A DNA stretch of 64,000 bases from Dehalococcoidia bacterium (GTDB taxonomy: Bacteria > Chloroflexota > Dehalococcoidia > Bin125), in NCBI GenBank assembly GCA_965208665.1, contig CBDBPH010000001.1, positions 131,045 to 195,044 of the forward strand. Reading direction: 5' to 3'. Below the pieces are notes generated by a model. That model searched no databases. It worked only from the letters and a program-made list of their open reading frames with translations, and was not told the DNA's origin. The position numbers were made by a program, and so were the translations under genes. Numbering within the stretch: position 1 is the stretch's first letter; each line of letters opens with the position of its first letter. Shown here one piece after another: positions 1-10,500 of the stretch.

Positions 1-1011
1 TGCCGAGCGCGACGGCGCAGGAGACGGGGTTCGCGCCCCAGGTGATCCCGCCGATTGTGCCGTCCTTGCCGGCCTCTTCGAAGGTCCTCGCGATTTCGTC
101 GTTGACGAGCGTGGCAGCGATAGGTGAGTAGCCGGATGAGATCTGCTTGGCGGTGGTCATGATGTCGGGCTGGACGCCGAAGTGGTCCATGCCGAACCAC
201 TTGCCGGTGCGGCCGAAGCCGTTAATGACCTCGTCGGCGATCAGCACGATGTCGTGCTTGTCGCAGATCTCGCGCAGGGTCTGCCAGTACTTCGGGTCGG
301 GGACGTAGCTGCCGTTGGCGGTGGAGATCGGCTCGGCGATGAGCGCCGCTACCGTGTCGGGTCCAGCGGCCGCCACGACATCCTCGATTGTGCGCGCGCA
401 GAAGACATCGCACTCGGGGAAGGTCTTTTCGTAGGGGCAGCGGTCGCAGTTGACGCCGGGCACGTGGATCGAGCCTGGCACCAGCGGCTCGTAGGGCGCG
501 CGCATCGAGTAGGTGGCGGCGTTGACCGAGAGCGCCCCGGCGGTCTGGCCGTGGTAGGAACCGATTCGCGAGATCACCTTGAACTTGGCGGCGTTGCCTC
601 GGATCTTGTGGTACTGCTTGGCGATCTTGAGGGCTGTTTCGACGGCTTCGGAGCCGCCGTTGACGAAGACGGCCTTGCGAATGTTCGAGGGGGTCAGTTC
701 GAAGAGCTTGGTCGCCAGGTTGACGGCAGGCTCGGATGCGTAAGCGAAGGTGTTCTGGTAGGCGAGTTGCGACATCTGCTCATGGGCGATGTCGGCGAGT
801 TCCGTGCGGCCATGTCCGACCGCGTTGAGCCAGAGACCGGACATGGCATCCATGTACTCGCGTCCCTGGTCGTCGTGCAGGAAGATTCCTTCGCCCTTAC
901 GGATGACGAGCAGTCCATCGTCGGCCGCGAGGTCGGCGTGCGACTGTGTGGGGATCCAGAGGTGATCCAACGATTGCTTGCGTAGCGCTTCCTGGGTCGG
1001 GGTGGTCATCG
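1..1011 (-). CDS. class-III (omega-type) PLP-dependent aminotransferase; N-terminal ~337 aa, C-terminus beyond window edge
   Basis: Minus-strand translation from ATG (rc of 1009-1011) reads MTTPTQEALRKQSLDHLWIP...DEVINGFGRTGKWFGMDHFGVQPDIMTTAKQISSGY, i.e. the DEVxxGFGRTG and T-x-AK(Lys) PLP signatures of class-III aminotransferases. The + strand ORF 182..985 is its antisense shadow. Confidence 0.75.
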
Positions 1012-1131
1012 AAGGTCCTGTCGTGCCATGGGTTGTTCCGACAGGATAGGCGCATCGCAGCGAGGGCGAAGATGAGTCAGAGGGGAGGGCAGCCACAAGG
1101 GCTGCCCCTACAGCGTCAAGATGTCAATGCA

Positions 1132-1737
1132 TTAGCGTTGGGCGGAGGTGGGGGCGCCTCGGGCGCGGAGGTCGTAGGCCATGACGACGAGGTCTCTCAG
1201 GCGACCGCTGCGGTCCATGACCCAACCGGGCAGGGTCGCGACGGCCTGGAAACCGAGCGACTCGAACACTGCCTGCGCACTGAGCTGATCGTGGGTCATG
1301 CGGGCGGAGATGCGCTCGAGGCCGATGGAGTCGGCGATGGCGAAGATCTCTTCGGCCAGGAAGCGACCGAGTCCCTGGCCACGGATCTGAGAGTTGACGG
1401 TGACGCGGATTTCGCCGATGTGGTCGGTCCAGCCGGCTTCGTTGTGGACCAGTGACGCCTCGCCGACGATGTCTCCGGCGTCCACGGCGAGGACGGTGGT
1501 GGTGCGGTGTTGGGCGATGTTCTCGAGCCAGCGGTCAACGACGCCTTCGTCGGTGATGTCCCAGGGCAGGTAGAGCAAATCGTCGCGCGAGAGGGAGCGG
1601 GCGAAGGCGAGGAAGCGGGCCTTGTCGGCGGGAGACATCAGGCGCATGTCGATCTCGCGGCCGCCGCGCAGGGTGGCGCGGCTGGGGTATCGCCGTGCAA
1701 TCAGGGCGGCCTGGCGGGCGGATGCATCGGTGGTCAT
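1132..1737 (-). CDS. GNAT family N-acetyltransferase
   Basis: Sequence ...IRGQGLGRFLAEEIFAIADSIGLERISA... is an acetyl-CoA-binding Q/RxxGxG/A motif typical of GNAT. ATG at 1737 (MTTDASARQAALIARRYP) chosen over the upstream low-complexity extension. Confidence 0.7.
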   Translation of the reverse strand: MTTDASARQAALIARRYPSRATLRGGREIDMRLMSPADKARFLAFARSLSRDDLLYLPWDITDEGVVDRWLENIAQHRTTTVLAVDAGDIVGEASLVHNEAGWTDHIGEIRVTVNSQIRGQGLGRFLAEEIFAIADSIGLERISARMTHDQLSAQAVFESLGFQAVATLPGWVMDRSGRLRDLVVMAYDLRARGAPTSAQR

Positions 1738-1866
1738 CGTTCTACTCCCGTTCCAAAGACCTGGCGAGTCGCGTTCTCTCGATCGGACATCGCATTCGCG
1801 TGCGCGCAGAGTATCACTGCGCGGTGCCATTGATTGCAACGGCGCTGCGGATTTGCGGGGAGGAAA

Positions 1867-2412
1867 TCAGCTTGACGGCGGACGCCAACGAGTGGTTTTG
1901 GGCTGTAGCCGAGCGCCTCGGTCAGCGGCGGAGTCGGCTTCGATCGTGACGTCGTCGCCCGGATACATGGTCCCCTGTCGGACGACGCGGGCGTAGAGGC
2001 GGGATCGGCCTGGATGGGTGGCCTGGTTGATGCGGTTGAAGTCGCCGTCGCGGAAGCAGTGGCCGATGATGCGGCAGGGGGCGGCGTAGGAGGTGATCTC
2101 CACGATCACCTGTTCGCCGAGGTGCACGCGCGAGCCGGGGACGAGCTTCTTCCAGTCGATGCCGCGGATGGTCACGTTCTCTCCGGTTGCGCCGGGACCG
2201 ATCTGGTGGCCGTCGGCGCGAAGGCTGTCGAGGATTTCGGCGGCGAACAGGCAGACGGCGCGCTCGGTGCCGCCGTGGTGGCGGCGGTCGCGCTGTCGGT
2301 CCTGGGTGAGGCCATACTCGTTGACGACGGCCTCGGGGACGGCACGCTTGGGGACGCCGCCTGGTGAGACGTTGAGTTGTTCGATTCGCCCTGTGGATTT
2401 CGCTGTGGTCAT
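1867..2412 (-). CDS. MOSC domain-containing protein (YiiM-like)
   Basis: 181-aa ORF from ATG at 2412 (MTTAKSTGRIEQLNVSPGG...); ~180 aa MOSC-like beta-barrel protein with conserved Cys (AAPCRIIGHCF). Confidence 0.6.
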   Translation of the reverse strand: MTTAKSTGRIEQLNVSPGGVPKRAVPEAVVNEYGLTQDRQRDRRHHGGTERAVCLFAAEILDSLRADGHQIGPGATGENVTIRGIDWKKLVPGSRVHLGEQVIVEITSYAAPCRIIGHCFRDGDFNRINQATHPGRSRLYARVVRQGTMYPGDDVTIEADSAADRGARLQPKTTRWRPPSS

Positions 2413-2524
2413 GTCGGCTGCCTGCAACTGGTCCGCTTTGCTGCGGGTTCGGGGCGACTCTCGTGGTGGCCCGCGCCTAGGGTAATCAACCCATTGCGCA
2501 GACGGGCAACCACAAGGGTTGCCC

Positions 2525-4183
2525 CTACATCGTCGGCGATGACTCGGTGCTCCAGCCGGAAATCATCCCATCGACGTAGAGGACGCGGAGGGCGGTGAGG
2601 AGGCCGGGGAGGAGTTGGGCTCGCTGCGTCAATTCGACTCCTTCGAGGAGGTCGTTGAGGAGGTCTCGGACCGGGCGTTGGCCGTCGATTCGGGTGGCGA
2701 GCGCGGCGATGAGCACCGAGATTGGGGCTCCCTGGGGGCGGGTCGGGGAGGAGATGACGGCTCCCCACTCGAACTGTCCGTCGCCGATGACGGGCTTGCG
2801 GGCCAGGGTGACGCCCGAGGCGAGCGTGGGGACGGCGTCGAGCATCGGGCTGCGATCGGGCCAGGCGGAATCGATCAGTTTGGCCATGGCGGCGTCGCGC
2901 TCGGCGCGTTCTATTTCGACGGCGGCGACGCCTTCGACGAAGTCCGGCGGCGCTTCGCCTCGCTCGAGGACGACGCGCTCGTAGCCCTGGGGCGGTTGTC
3001 CGGCGACGGCGGCGATGAAGGCTTCGCGGGGTGAGACGTCGTTCGAGGTCTGCGTGATGCGGCGGGCTTCCCAAAAGTAGGAGTCGGAGGTGCGGTTGGA
3101 GGCGTAGAAGAGGGCGGCCATCTCTCGGAACTGGTGGTACTGCTGCATGTAGAGCTGGGTGTAGACCTCGGCGGCGGGCTCGCGCATGTCGGGATCTCTG
3201 AGGGCCGAGGTGACGTAGGCCGAGGCGAGGACGGCCGAGGACAGCGCCAGATGGACGCCGGAGGAGAAGAGCGGATCGATAAAGCAGGCGGCGTCGCCGA
3301 CAAGGATGTAGCCGTCGCCGACGAGGTGTTGTGAGGTGTATGACCAGTCGCGGATGACACGCGGCTGGTCGATCATCTGGGCCGGCTTGAGCATCGCGGC
3401 CGTGCGTCCCGTCATCGCGAGCTGGCGGCGATAGAACTCGTCGGTCGGCGCTTCGCTGAGATGCGAGCCGCCCCAGGCTGCATCGACCACGATTCCGACC
3501 GACATGATGTCGTCGGGCAGGGGGATCGCCCAGGACCATCCGTGTTCGTAGGCCTCGATGAAGATGTTGCCGGCGTCGGGCTCGGGCAGACGGTCTGCGC
3601 CGCGGAAGTAGGTGTAGACGGCCAGGTTGCGAAAGAACTCGTCGTTGACTCGCAGGTCGAGTCGGCGAGAGAGGAAGCCGTTTTGGCCGCTGGCGTCGAC
3701 GATCCAGTCGGCCCCGTGGGTCCGCGTCTCGCCGTCCGGCGATTCGACCGCCACTGACTTGCGGTCGCCCGCATCGAGGCTGACGTCGATGACGCGCGAG
3801 CCTTCGTGGACGGAAACTCCGTTGCGTTCGGCGTTGCGCAGGAGTATCTGGTCGAAGGTGGGGCGCCAGACCTGATAGGCGTGGGGATAGCTGGCGTTGG
3901 TTTCGGCGAAGTGCCAGGACCAGGGTTCCGGGTTTCGTCCCCAGACCATGGTCGCGCCGTATTTGGGGGTGAAGCCGGCGGCCTGGATCTCGTCGATGAC
4001 GCCGAGGGTCTCGAGGATGGGAATCGAAGCAGGGAGGAGGGACTCCCCGACGTGCTCTCTGGGGAAGACTTCGCGCTCGAAGATGGTGACGTCGAAGCCC
4101 TGGCGGGCGAGGAGGGTGGCGGCGGTGGAGCCGCCCGGTCCGCCTCCGATGACTATCACGGATGCGTTGGTTCCATTAGCCAT
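2525..4183 (-). CDS. FAD-dependent (flavin-dependent) halogenase family protein
   Basis: All three hallmark motifs seen in translation: GGGPGGSTAA (GxGxxG), EHGWSWAIPL (WxWxIP), FIDPLFSSG (FxxPxxSxG). ~550 aa like PrnA/RebH-type enzymes. Confidence 0.7.
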   Translation of the reverse strand: MANGTNASVIVIGGGPGGSTAATLLARQGFDVTIFEREVFPREHVGESLLPASIPILETLGVIDEIQAAGFTPKYGATMVWGRNPEPWSWHFAETNASYPHAYQVWRPTFDQILLRNAERNGVSVHEGSRVIDVSLDAGDRKSVAVESPDGETRTHGADWIVDASGQNGFLSRRLDLRVNDEFFRNLAVYTYFRGADRLPEPDAGNIFIEAYEHGWSWAIPLPDDIMSVGIVVDAAWGGSHLSEAPTDEFYRRQLAMTGRTAAMLKPAQMIDQPRVIRDWSYTSQHLVGDGYILVGDAACFIDPLFSSGVHLALSSAVLASAYVTSALRDPDMREPAAEVYTQLYMQQYHQFREMAALFYASNRTSDSYFWEARRITQTSNDVSPREAFIAAVAGQPPQGYERVVLERGEAPPDFVEGVAAVEIERAERDAAMAKLIDSAWPDRSPMLDAVPTLASGVTLARKPVIGDGQFEWGAVISSPTRPQGAPISVLIAALATRIDGQRPVRDLLNDLLEGVELTQRAQLLPGLLTALRVLYVDGMISGWSTESSPTM

Positions 4184-4265
4184 TGAGGTCAGCGTACTCG
4201 CGGATGCAGGCGTCCAATTCGGCGCCCATTGGCTTCGACGGGAGTCTCGCCCGCCGCCTGCGCAG

Positions 4266-4326
4266 GGGCCCTCACGCTCGGCTGCGTGGGGGCCCTCACC
4301 CTAGCCCTCTCCCAGAGGGAGAGGGG
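4266..4326. repeat. REP-like dispersed palindromic element, copy A (duplicated GGCCCTCAC leader + CCCTCTCCC-AGA-GGGAGAGGG hairpin)
   Basis: ggccctcacgctcggctgcgtgggggccctcaccctagccctctcccagagggagagggga; intergenic between halogenase stop and HTH gene stop; same family recurs at 23548, 26086, 34581, 38749, 39000. Confidence 0.8.
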
Positions 4327-4342
4327 AACAGAAGGAGAACCG

Positions 4343-5059
4343 CTAGGCGGCTTCGGCGCGGATTGGGGTTGGGATCTCGGGGTTTTGGCGGTCGGGATCG
4401 GTGAGTTGGTCGAGGAAGGCGAGGATTTGTTCGGTCGATTGGCCCTTGAGGTGGGGGAAGTGGTCGATGGCTTCGCTGATCAGGGCGTCCAGGTCGGTTG
4501 GATTGGGGAGGTGGACAGTTTCGGGGGCATTTTTTTCCTCCTGGGGCCGATCCGCGACGATCTCCTGCGCTGGACTGGAGATCGTGGGTTCGGGGTGGTC
4601 AGTTTTGTCAGTTTCGGAGGTGGATTCCGCTAGTTTCTGTGGTTCTGCCTGCGGTGCTTCATCAAAGAGGCCGGGTTGGTCGGGGCGCTGTTCGGCGCGG
4701 CGGTAGATGTCCTGGGCGGTGCGGCGGATCTCGCGGGCGAGCGCGTTGAGCTGGGTCTCTCGGCCCTCGCGGGCGCGCAGGTAGTCGACTGGCGTGAGCC
4801 GGTCGGTATTGGCGGCCACGTCGTCGTACTTGATGGCGAGCGAGAGGCGGAGGTGGAGCAGGTGCAGCGATTCGAGGAGGATGTCGTCCGCGGCGGCCGA
4901 GGCGATGCTGTTCCAGTGGGTCTCGACGAGCTGGAGGTCAGCGCGGACGGTGGCGTGCGAGACCTCGAGCTGCTTGGCGATCTGCCGCTGGGAGTTTCCG
5001 CGCTGGCGGAGGTAATGGACGCGGAGGCAGCGTTGTCGCCGCTTGGATGGGATGTGCAT
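4343..5059 (-). CDS. HTH domain protein (sigma-70 region-4-like / terminase-small-like HTH) with long acidic disordered C-terminal tail
   Basis: N-terminus LRQRGNSQRQIAKQLEVSHATVRADL is a helix-turn-helix; the rest is E/D/P/Q-rich low complexity. GGAAGG RBS 8 nt upstream of ATG at 5059. Confidence 0.45.
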   Translation of the reverse strand: MHIPSKRRQRCLRVHYLRQRGNSQRQIAKQLEVSHATVRADLQLVETHWNSIASAAADDILLESLHLLHLRLSLAIKYDDVAANTDRLTPVDYLRAREGRETQLNALAREIRRTAQDIYRRAEQRPDQPGLFDEAPQAEPQKLAESTSETDKTDHPEPTISSPAQEIVADRPQEEKNAPETVHLPNPTDLDALISEAIDHFPHLKGQSTEQILAFLDQLTDPDRQNPEIPTPIRAEAA

Positions 5060-5158
5060 GGTTGGGACCTTCCATGGTGCGTACAGATGTTCGGTGAGTG
5101 TAGCGAATGTGTGTTCCGTGTTGCTGTGTCGTGGTTGTCGGAGGGGGTTAACGCAGAA

Positions 5159-5190
5159 GACCCGCGCCGGAGCGCGGGTCTCTGTTGGGT
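5159..5190 (-). terminator. putative intrinsic terminator downstream of LLM oxidoreductase gene
   Basis: Perfect 9-bp GC stem GACCCGCGC-CGGA-GCGCGGGTC (5159-5180) flanked by U-rich tracts on both strands, 26 nt after the stop of the minus-strand gene. Confidence 0.4.
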
Positions 5191-5205
5191 GAACCGGGGG
5201 CGGGA

Positions 5206-6501
5206 TTAGTCGCCGGACATTGGGTCTCCGGTGAGGGTGTTGACCTCGAAGGCGCCCTTGAGGTCGAGTTCCTTACCCATCTCGCGGACGGCGGGGATGA
5301 CTTCCTCGCCGAACAGCTTGAGGGAGCGCATTGCGTCGTCGTGGTTCATGGCGCCGTCGCCGTCCCAGAAGAAGATGTTGCCGGGGCGCAGTTCTTCGAG
5401 GACGTGCCGGATCTTGGGGATCACGGTCTTCGGCGTACCGGTGATGATCGAGTACTTGTTGATCTGCTCCTCGTAGGTGCCGAAGGCGTCGGCGTCGACC
5501 TTGTCGGTCTCAGCATCCTTCTCCGCGAGGGCGGCCTTCTGCTCTTCCTGGCGTCCACGCGCGGCGGCAGCGAAGGTGCTGACGGTCGGCAGGAGCTGCG
5601 TGCGCGAAGTCAGACCAGGCAGGTTCTGCAGGTTGCTGCGAACGGTGCCCTGGTTGCCCTCGAGGAAGGGGTTGGCCGGACCGGAGATGTACTTGCGGCC
5701 GGCTTCCTCGGCCAGTTCCTCGGTCTCGTCGACGTGGACCTTGAAGAGGTAGCCGTGGTGCTCGGTCGAGGCTTCGTAGCCGTTCTCTTGCGCGACCTCG
5801 TCGTAGTAGTCGAACGACTTCTTGGTCGGCTCGATCTCGGTGGCGAGCATGACGTAGGGGTAGCGATGCTCGGCGCACCACTTGACGGTGTTGCGGCTCA
5901 TCACGCCGGGGATCCAGATCTGGGGGTGCGGCTCCTGGTAGGGGCGGGCCCAGGGGTTGACGTAGCGGTACTGGTAGTGCTCGCCTTCCCAGCGGAAGGG
6001 GCCGGGGGTGGACCAGGCCTTGACCACGAAGTCGTGGGCTTCCTGGAAGCGCTCCCAGTTGAAGGGGGCCTGGGAGTTGTGGGCGACCGACTCGCGGCCG
6101 GTGCCGCGGACCCAGCCGGTGACCAGGCGGCCACGGGAGATCATGTCGATCTCGGCCAGTTCCTCGGCGAGCCACAGGGGGTCTTCCCAAATGGGGAGGA
6201 CGTTGCCGAGCAGGACGATCTTGGCTCGCTTGGTGATGCGGGCGAGGATCGCGGCTTCGACGTTCATCACGCCGCCCATGCAGAAGGGCGTGGAGTGATG
6301 CTCGTTGAGCATCAGGCCGTCAAAGCCCATCTCCTCGGCGTAGACCTTCTCGTCGAGGTAGCGGTTGTAGAGTTCGGCGCCGATTCGGGGGTCGTAATCC
6401 CCGTTGGTCATCCCGAGGTCTTCGATCTCGCGGCCGGTCGCTCCGACCCAGCCCGATTCGAAGTCCTGGTAGGGACGTTCCGTGAAATAGCCAATGAACA
6501 T
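5206..6501 (-). CDS. LLM-class (luciferase-like) flavin-dependent oxidoreductase/monooxygenase
   Basis: 431 aa; ...FDGLMLNEHHSTPF... TIM-barrel bacterial-luciferase-family pattern; length and composition typical of F420/FMN-dependent LLM enzymes. Confidence 0.75.
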   Translation of the reverse strand: MFIGYFTERPYQDFESGWVGATGREIEDLGMTNGDYDPRIGAELYNRYLDEKVYAEEMGFDGLMLNEHHSTPFCMGGVMNVEAAILARITKRAKIVLLGNVLPIWEDPLWLAEELAEIDMISRGRLVTGWVRGTGRESVAHNSQAPFNWERFQEAHDFVVKAWSTPGPFRWEGEHYQYRYVNPWARPYQEPHPQIWIPGVMSRNTVKWCAEHRYPYVMLATEIEPTKKSFDYYDEVAQENGYEASTEHHGYLFKVHVDETEELAEEAGRKYISGPANPFLEGNQGTVRSNLQNLPGLTSRTQLLPTVSTFAAAARGRQEEQKAALAEKDAETDKVDADAFGTYEEQINKYSIITGTPKTVIPKIRHVLEELRPGNIFFWDGDGAMNHDDAMRSLKLFGEEVIPAVREMGKELDLKGAFEVNTLTGDPMSGD

Positions 6502-6610
6502 GGTTCCGGTTCCTGTTCCCTCCGGCTCAACGTGTGGATGCCCGAGCCGGTTGTACGTTCCTCAAGATGATACGTGACGGCGAATCGTCACGCCTCGATC
6601 GTCTGCTTCG

Positions 6611-7399
6611 CTACGAGCTGATGTGCGCGATCACGGCGTCGGCCGTGGCCTGGGCGTCTTCCAACTCGACGAGATGGCCGAGCCCGTCGAGCACCTGAAT
6701 CCTGCTGTTGGGCAGGCTGGAGTCGTAGACCTCGGCGACGCCCTGGGGAACGACGCGGTCGTTCTCGCCCCAGAGCAGGAGGGTCGGAGTCTCGAGTTCG
6801 GTGAGCAGATGCGGAAGCTGGCGATTGAACATCCAGGGCTTCCAGGTCAGACGCGCGGTCATCTCGCGCGAGAAGTCCCAGAGTTCCTTCAGTTCGGGGG
6901 CGGCCTCGTCGCCAAAGATGTCGGCGTAGGCCTCGTCGGAGGAGAAGCCGAGCTTCACGTACTCCTCGAACTCGTAGAAGATGACATCGGCGATCTCGCC
7001 CTCTTCGGGCTGGACGCCGGCCGCGCCGATCAGGGTGAGGCTGTCGAGGCCGTGTAGGTGCATGCAGGCGAGCTCGGCCGCAACCCAGCCGCCGAAGCCC
7101 ATGCCGACGAGGTTGGCGTCGGTGTCGATGCCCATCTTGTGGATGGCGCTGTGCAGCATGATCGCGATGTCGCGAGGGTGGCGAGCCCAAACCGGTCGCT
7201 CGGACTGTCCGTAGCCGGGCATGTCGATGGCGGTGACGGTGTGGTTTTGGGCGAGCAGGTCGTAGAACGGGATCCAACCGGGTCCTGTGGAGTGGTGCAG
7301 GACGACGATGTTGGGTCCGCTGCCGTCCTGAAGCGCGTTGACCTTGAGGCCGGAGACCTCAACGGCGATCTGTGTGTGCGTTTCTGCCTGTGTCGTCAT
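6611..7399 (-). CDS. alpha/beta hydrolase fold protein
   Basis: 262 aa; nucleophile elbow GMGFGGW (G-x-S/N-x-G-like), HHSTGPG oxyanion region, C-terminal catalytic His (GLGHLVELE). Confidence 0.7.
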   Translation of the reverse strand: MTTQAETHTQIAVEVSGLKVNALQDGSGPNIVVLHHSTGPGWIPFYDLLAQNHTVTAIDMPGYGQSERPVWARHPRDIAIMLHSAIHKMGIDTDANLVGMGFGGWVAAELACMHLHGLDSLTLIGAAGVQPEEGEIADVIFYEFEEYVKLGFSSDEAYADIFGDEAAPELKELWDFSREMTARLTWKPWMFNRQLPHLLTELETPTLLLWGENDRVVPQGVAEVYDSSLPNSRIQVLDGLGHLVELEDAQATADAVIAHISS

Positions 7400-7592
7400 A
7401 CACGTGCTCCTGACGGTGATTCCGGCGAGGTTGAGTCGGCTCGGAAGGGGTGTACGGGCGTTCCGTCGGTAGACCGAGCGGAAGAACTAGTTAGGCGCAG
7501 GCTAAGCGCCTATCGGCTCAGCGGCAACTGAGCGGGGAGACGGCGGAGCTTCAGGCGGTTGACGGTACGGCCAGTCGTAGCATTGGAGCATC

Positions 7593-10500
7593 ATGTTCGG
7601 ACTTTTTCGCCTACTCAGGCTCGCCGCCCTACGCGAATTGCGGGGCGGCTGGCTATTGATGTTCGGGGCGGCCTCGCTGCTGATCATCGCGGCCGGGCTG
7701 GTCGCGTTGCCGCTGGTCTTTCGAGCGGCCTCGGCGGACCTGGCACTTCGTGAGTTGATCGAGCAATCGCCGCGCGGGACCACCTTTGCGGACCACTCGC
7801 GCGCCTTCCGTCCGGCCAGCGCGGAGGACTTCGATTTCGTGGAGCGGGATGCGGCGGAGGCGCGCGAGCGGCATCTGGAACGGTTCCCGGGACTGGTCGG
7901 CGACACGCGGCGGATCATGGAGACTCCCGAGATCTTCGCCGGGTTCACGCGGCTCGACAACGGACTGAATGAGTCGATTCAGGCGTACCTGATGTCGTTC
8001 GAACAACTGCGGTCGAACGCGCGGCTGGTACGTGGCGATTGGGCCGGTTCGGCGGACGAGGTGGTGATCGGCTCGCGACTCGCCGAACAGCTCAACATCG
8101 ATGTCGGCAGCGTGGTCAGTTTCAGCGAGGCGATGCAGTTCGAGATCAGCGGGGTCATCGAGCCGGTTGTGGCGGATGTCACGCGGGTGCTGGCGTTCCA
8201 CTACACGGACGTCTGGTTCGAGTTGCAGTTCGATATCACGCTGGGCGGCGCCGAGGTGCCGTACTTCGGCATGTTCGCGGAGTCGGAGGCGCTGGAGCGA
8301 CTCGGGGCTCCGGTGACGCATCGGATGCGGACCGAATTGGATACGGACGCGATCAACTCCGACCAGGTTGAGGATGTGATCGAGTCTCTGGGCGCGTGGC
8401 AACAACAGCTGAGCCGACTGGAGGGTGGCTCGGCGGGCACGCTGTTGGTGGGGGCGCTGCAGTCCTTCGTACGCCAGGCGCAGTTTTCGGCCGGGCAGTC
8501 GCTGCTGGCCGGTCTGCAGATCGCTGCGGTGGCGATGTTCGGCGTCGCGCTGGTCGGCCGGGTGATGGCGCAGCGGACTCGCGTCGATCGCGAACGGCTG
8601 GCGGCTCGGGGGGCGAAGCCCTGGCAACAGGCGGGGGCGCAGGCGATGCTCGGCGGTGTCGCGGCGCTGCCGGCGGCGATTCTGGGCGCTCCATTGGCCG
8701 CGTTCGCGTTGAGTCACGCCGGACGGTTGGAGGCGGTGGCGCGTGTCTCGGGCGGTGAGCCGTTCGATACGCGGCTGACAGTGGAGGCCTGGGGCCTGGC
8801 GATTGCGGGCGCGGTGATCGCCTGGATCGCATTTGCCGCGCCGGCCTGGTTCGATGCTCGGCAGCGGACGAATGAGCGCGTGGCGCAGGGGCGGCCACAG
8901 CGGCAGTCCCTGGTGCAACGGGCCTGGCTTGATGTGGCGCTCTTGGCGCTGGCGACGGTGCTGTTTCTGCAGTTCGAGACCGAGGCGTCGGGCGGGGCGC
9001 TTGCGGCGTTTGAGTCGGGTGGGATCAATCCGGTGCTGATGTTGAGCCCGGGACTGCTGCTGCTGGGCGCGGCGTTGACGATCATGCGGCTGGCGCCTCG
9101 AGTCTGGGGCTTCGCGGCGGCGGTGCTCTCCAGATCACCGATTCCGTCGTGGCTGTATCTCGGAGTGCTCAACGTCGCTCGGAATCCGACCGGTCCGATG
9201 TTGCTGACGGCGCTGGTTGCATTCGTCACGGCGGTGGGACTGATCTCGGCGACGTATGCGTCGACGATTCGGACCGTCGAGCGGTCGCGGATCGAGTATG
9301 AGGTCGGCTCGGACCTTCGCGGCGTGTCGATCGGCGGCAACCTGTCGAACTCGACGGTGGGCCGCGTGACGGAACCACTGCAGAGCCGTCAAGGGATTAT
9401 GGCGGCAGCGGCGTATCGCGGGATCGGTGCGATCGGCGGGGACCGCGAGGGCAGCCGCGTCGTGTTGTTGGGGCTGCAGACGAGCCGGTTATCCGAGATC
9501 GTGTCACTGGATGAGGACTTGCTGGGTACGCCGCCGGACGAGTTGTTGGCGGCGATCGAACGGGAGCCGGGGCGCGCCGGTCAGGAGTTGCCGGACGGGG
9601 CAGAGGCGCTGACGGTGCGCGTGCGCAGCGATCCCGGGAACAGCAACCTTGAACTGGCGGCGCGGGTGCTCGACGCCCGTGGGCAGGTGCACATGCGGCC
9701 GTTTCGGACGAACACGGCGTCCATCGTGGACGGGGACTGGAACACGTTTCGCGCGCCGCTGGGCGGGCTTGAGCAACCGCTGCGGATCGCCGCGATCATT
9801 CTGCGGCCGCAGGCGCGGGTCGTGAGAGCGCCGACGGGCACGTTGTACATCGACGAGTTGAACGCGCAGGTGGGGGAGCAATCCGTCGCGGTGGATGCGT
9901 TTGACGAGGATGGGCCGTGGTTGCCCGCCTCGGGCGGTGCGGGCGAGGACCGGATTTCCTTCGAGGGCGGAGGGCTGCGCTACCACTGGTCGCAACTTGC
10001 GGCGAGCGATGAGCGCATCATCGTGCGCGAGTCGCCGAACCTGCCGGTCAATGCGGCGATGGATCGAACGTCGATGGAGACCGCCGATCTGAGTGTCGGC
10101 GACATTGTGCCGATCGGGGTCAGCAACGCGAATATCCCGGTGCGGATCCAGGCGGCCGTTGATTACTTTCCGACGCTCAATCCGGCGCAGGGTGGATTCC
10201 TGATCGTGGATCTGCTGGCGCTGCGGGGGGCGGCGCTGGTCGCGGCGGTTCAGGCGGTGCTGCCGATCACGGAGGTGTGGACAGCGACTGGGACCAACGC
10301 GGGGCGTCTCGTAGCGGGCGAGTTGCTGGACGATGTGTACCTGGCCAGCACGGTGCTGGACGCGGAGGCGAAGATTGCAGCGGCGGAGGAGGATCCGTTT
10401 CGCTCGGGCGGCGCGGCTGCGTTGTTCGTGGTTGGATTCATTGGCCTTCTGATCGTAGGTTCGGCGGCGTTGATTTTCACGCTCGCCGCTGCCGGCGGGG

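Noticed and set aside
182-985. 267-aa + strand ORF (and similar long ORFs 5185..6570 +, 2409..3539 -, 7653..8918 -, 18052..19092 -, 27638..28183 + portion, 35603..36700 +, 57764..59110 +)
   Set aside because: They lie antisense or out of frame to genes with clear family signatures. Their translations are Arg/Ala/Gly/Pro-rich low-complexity typical of high-GC shadow frames.
4183-4404. Small ORFs translating to ...PHPSPLPEGEG... (also 34554..35102, 38745..39116, 38662..39147)
   Set aside because: They are read through the REP-like palindromic repeats; the peptide similarity simply reflects the repeated DNA element.
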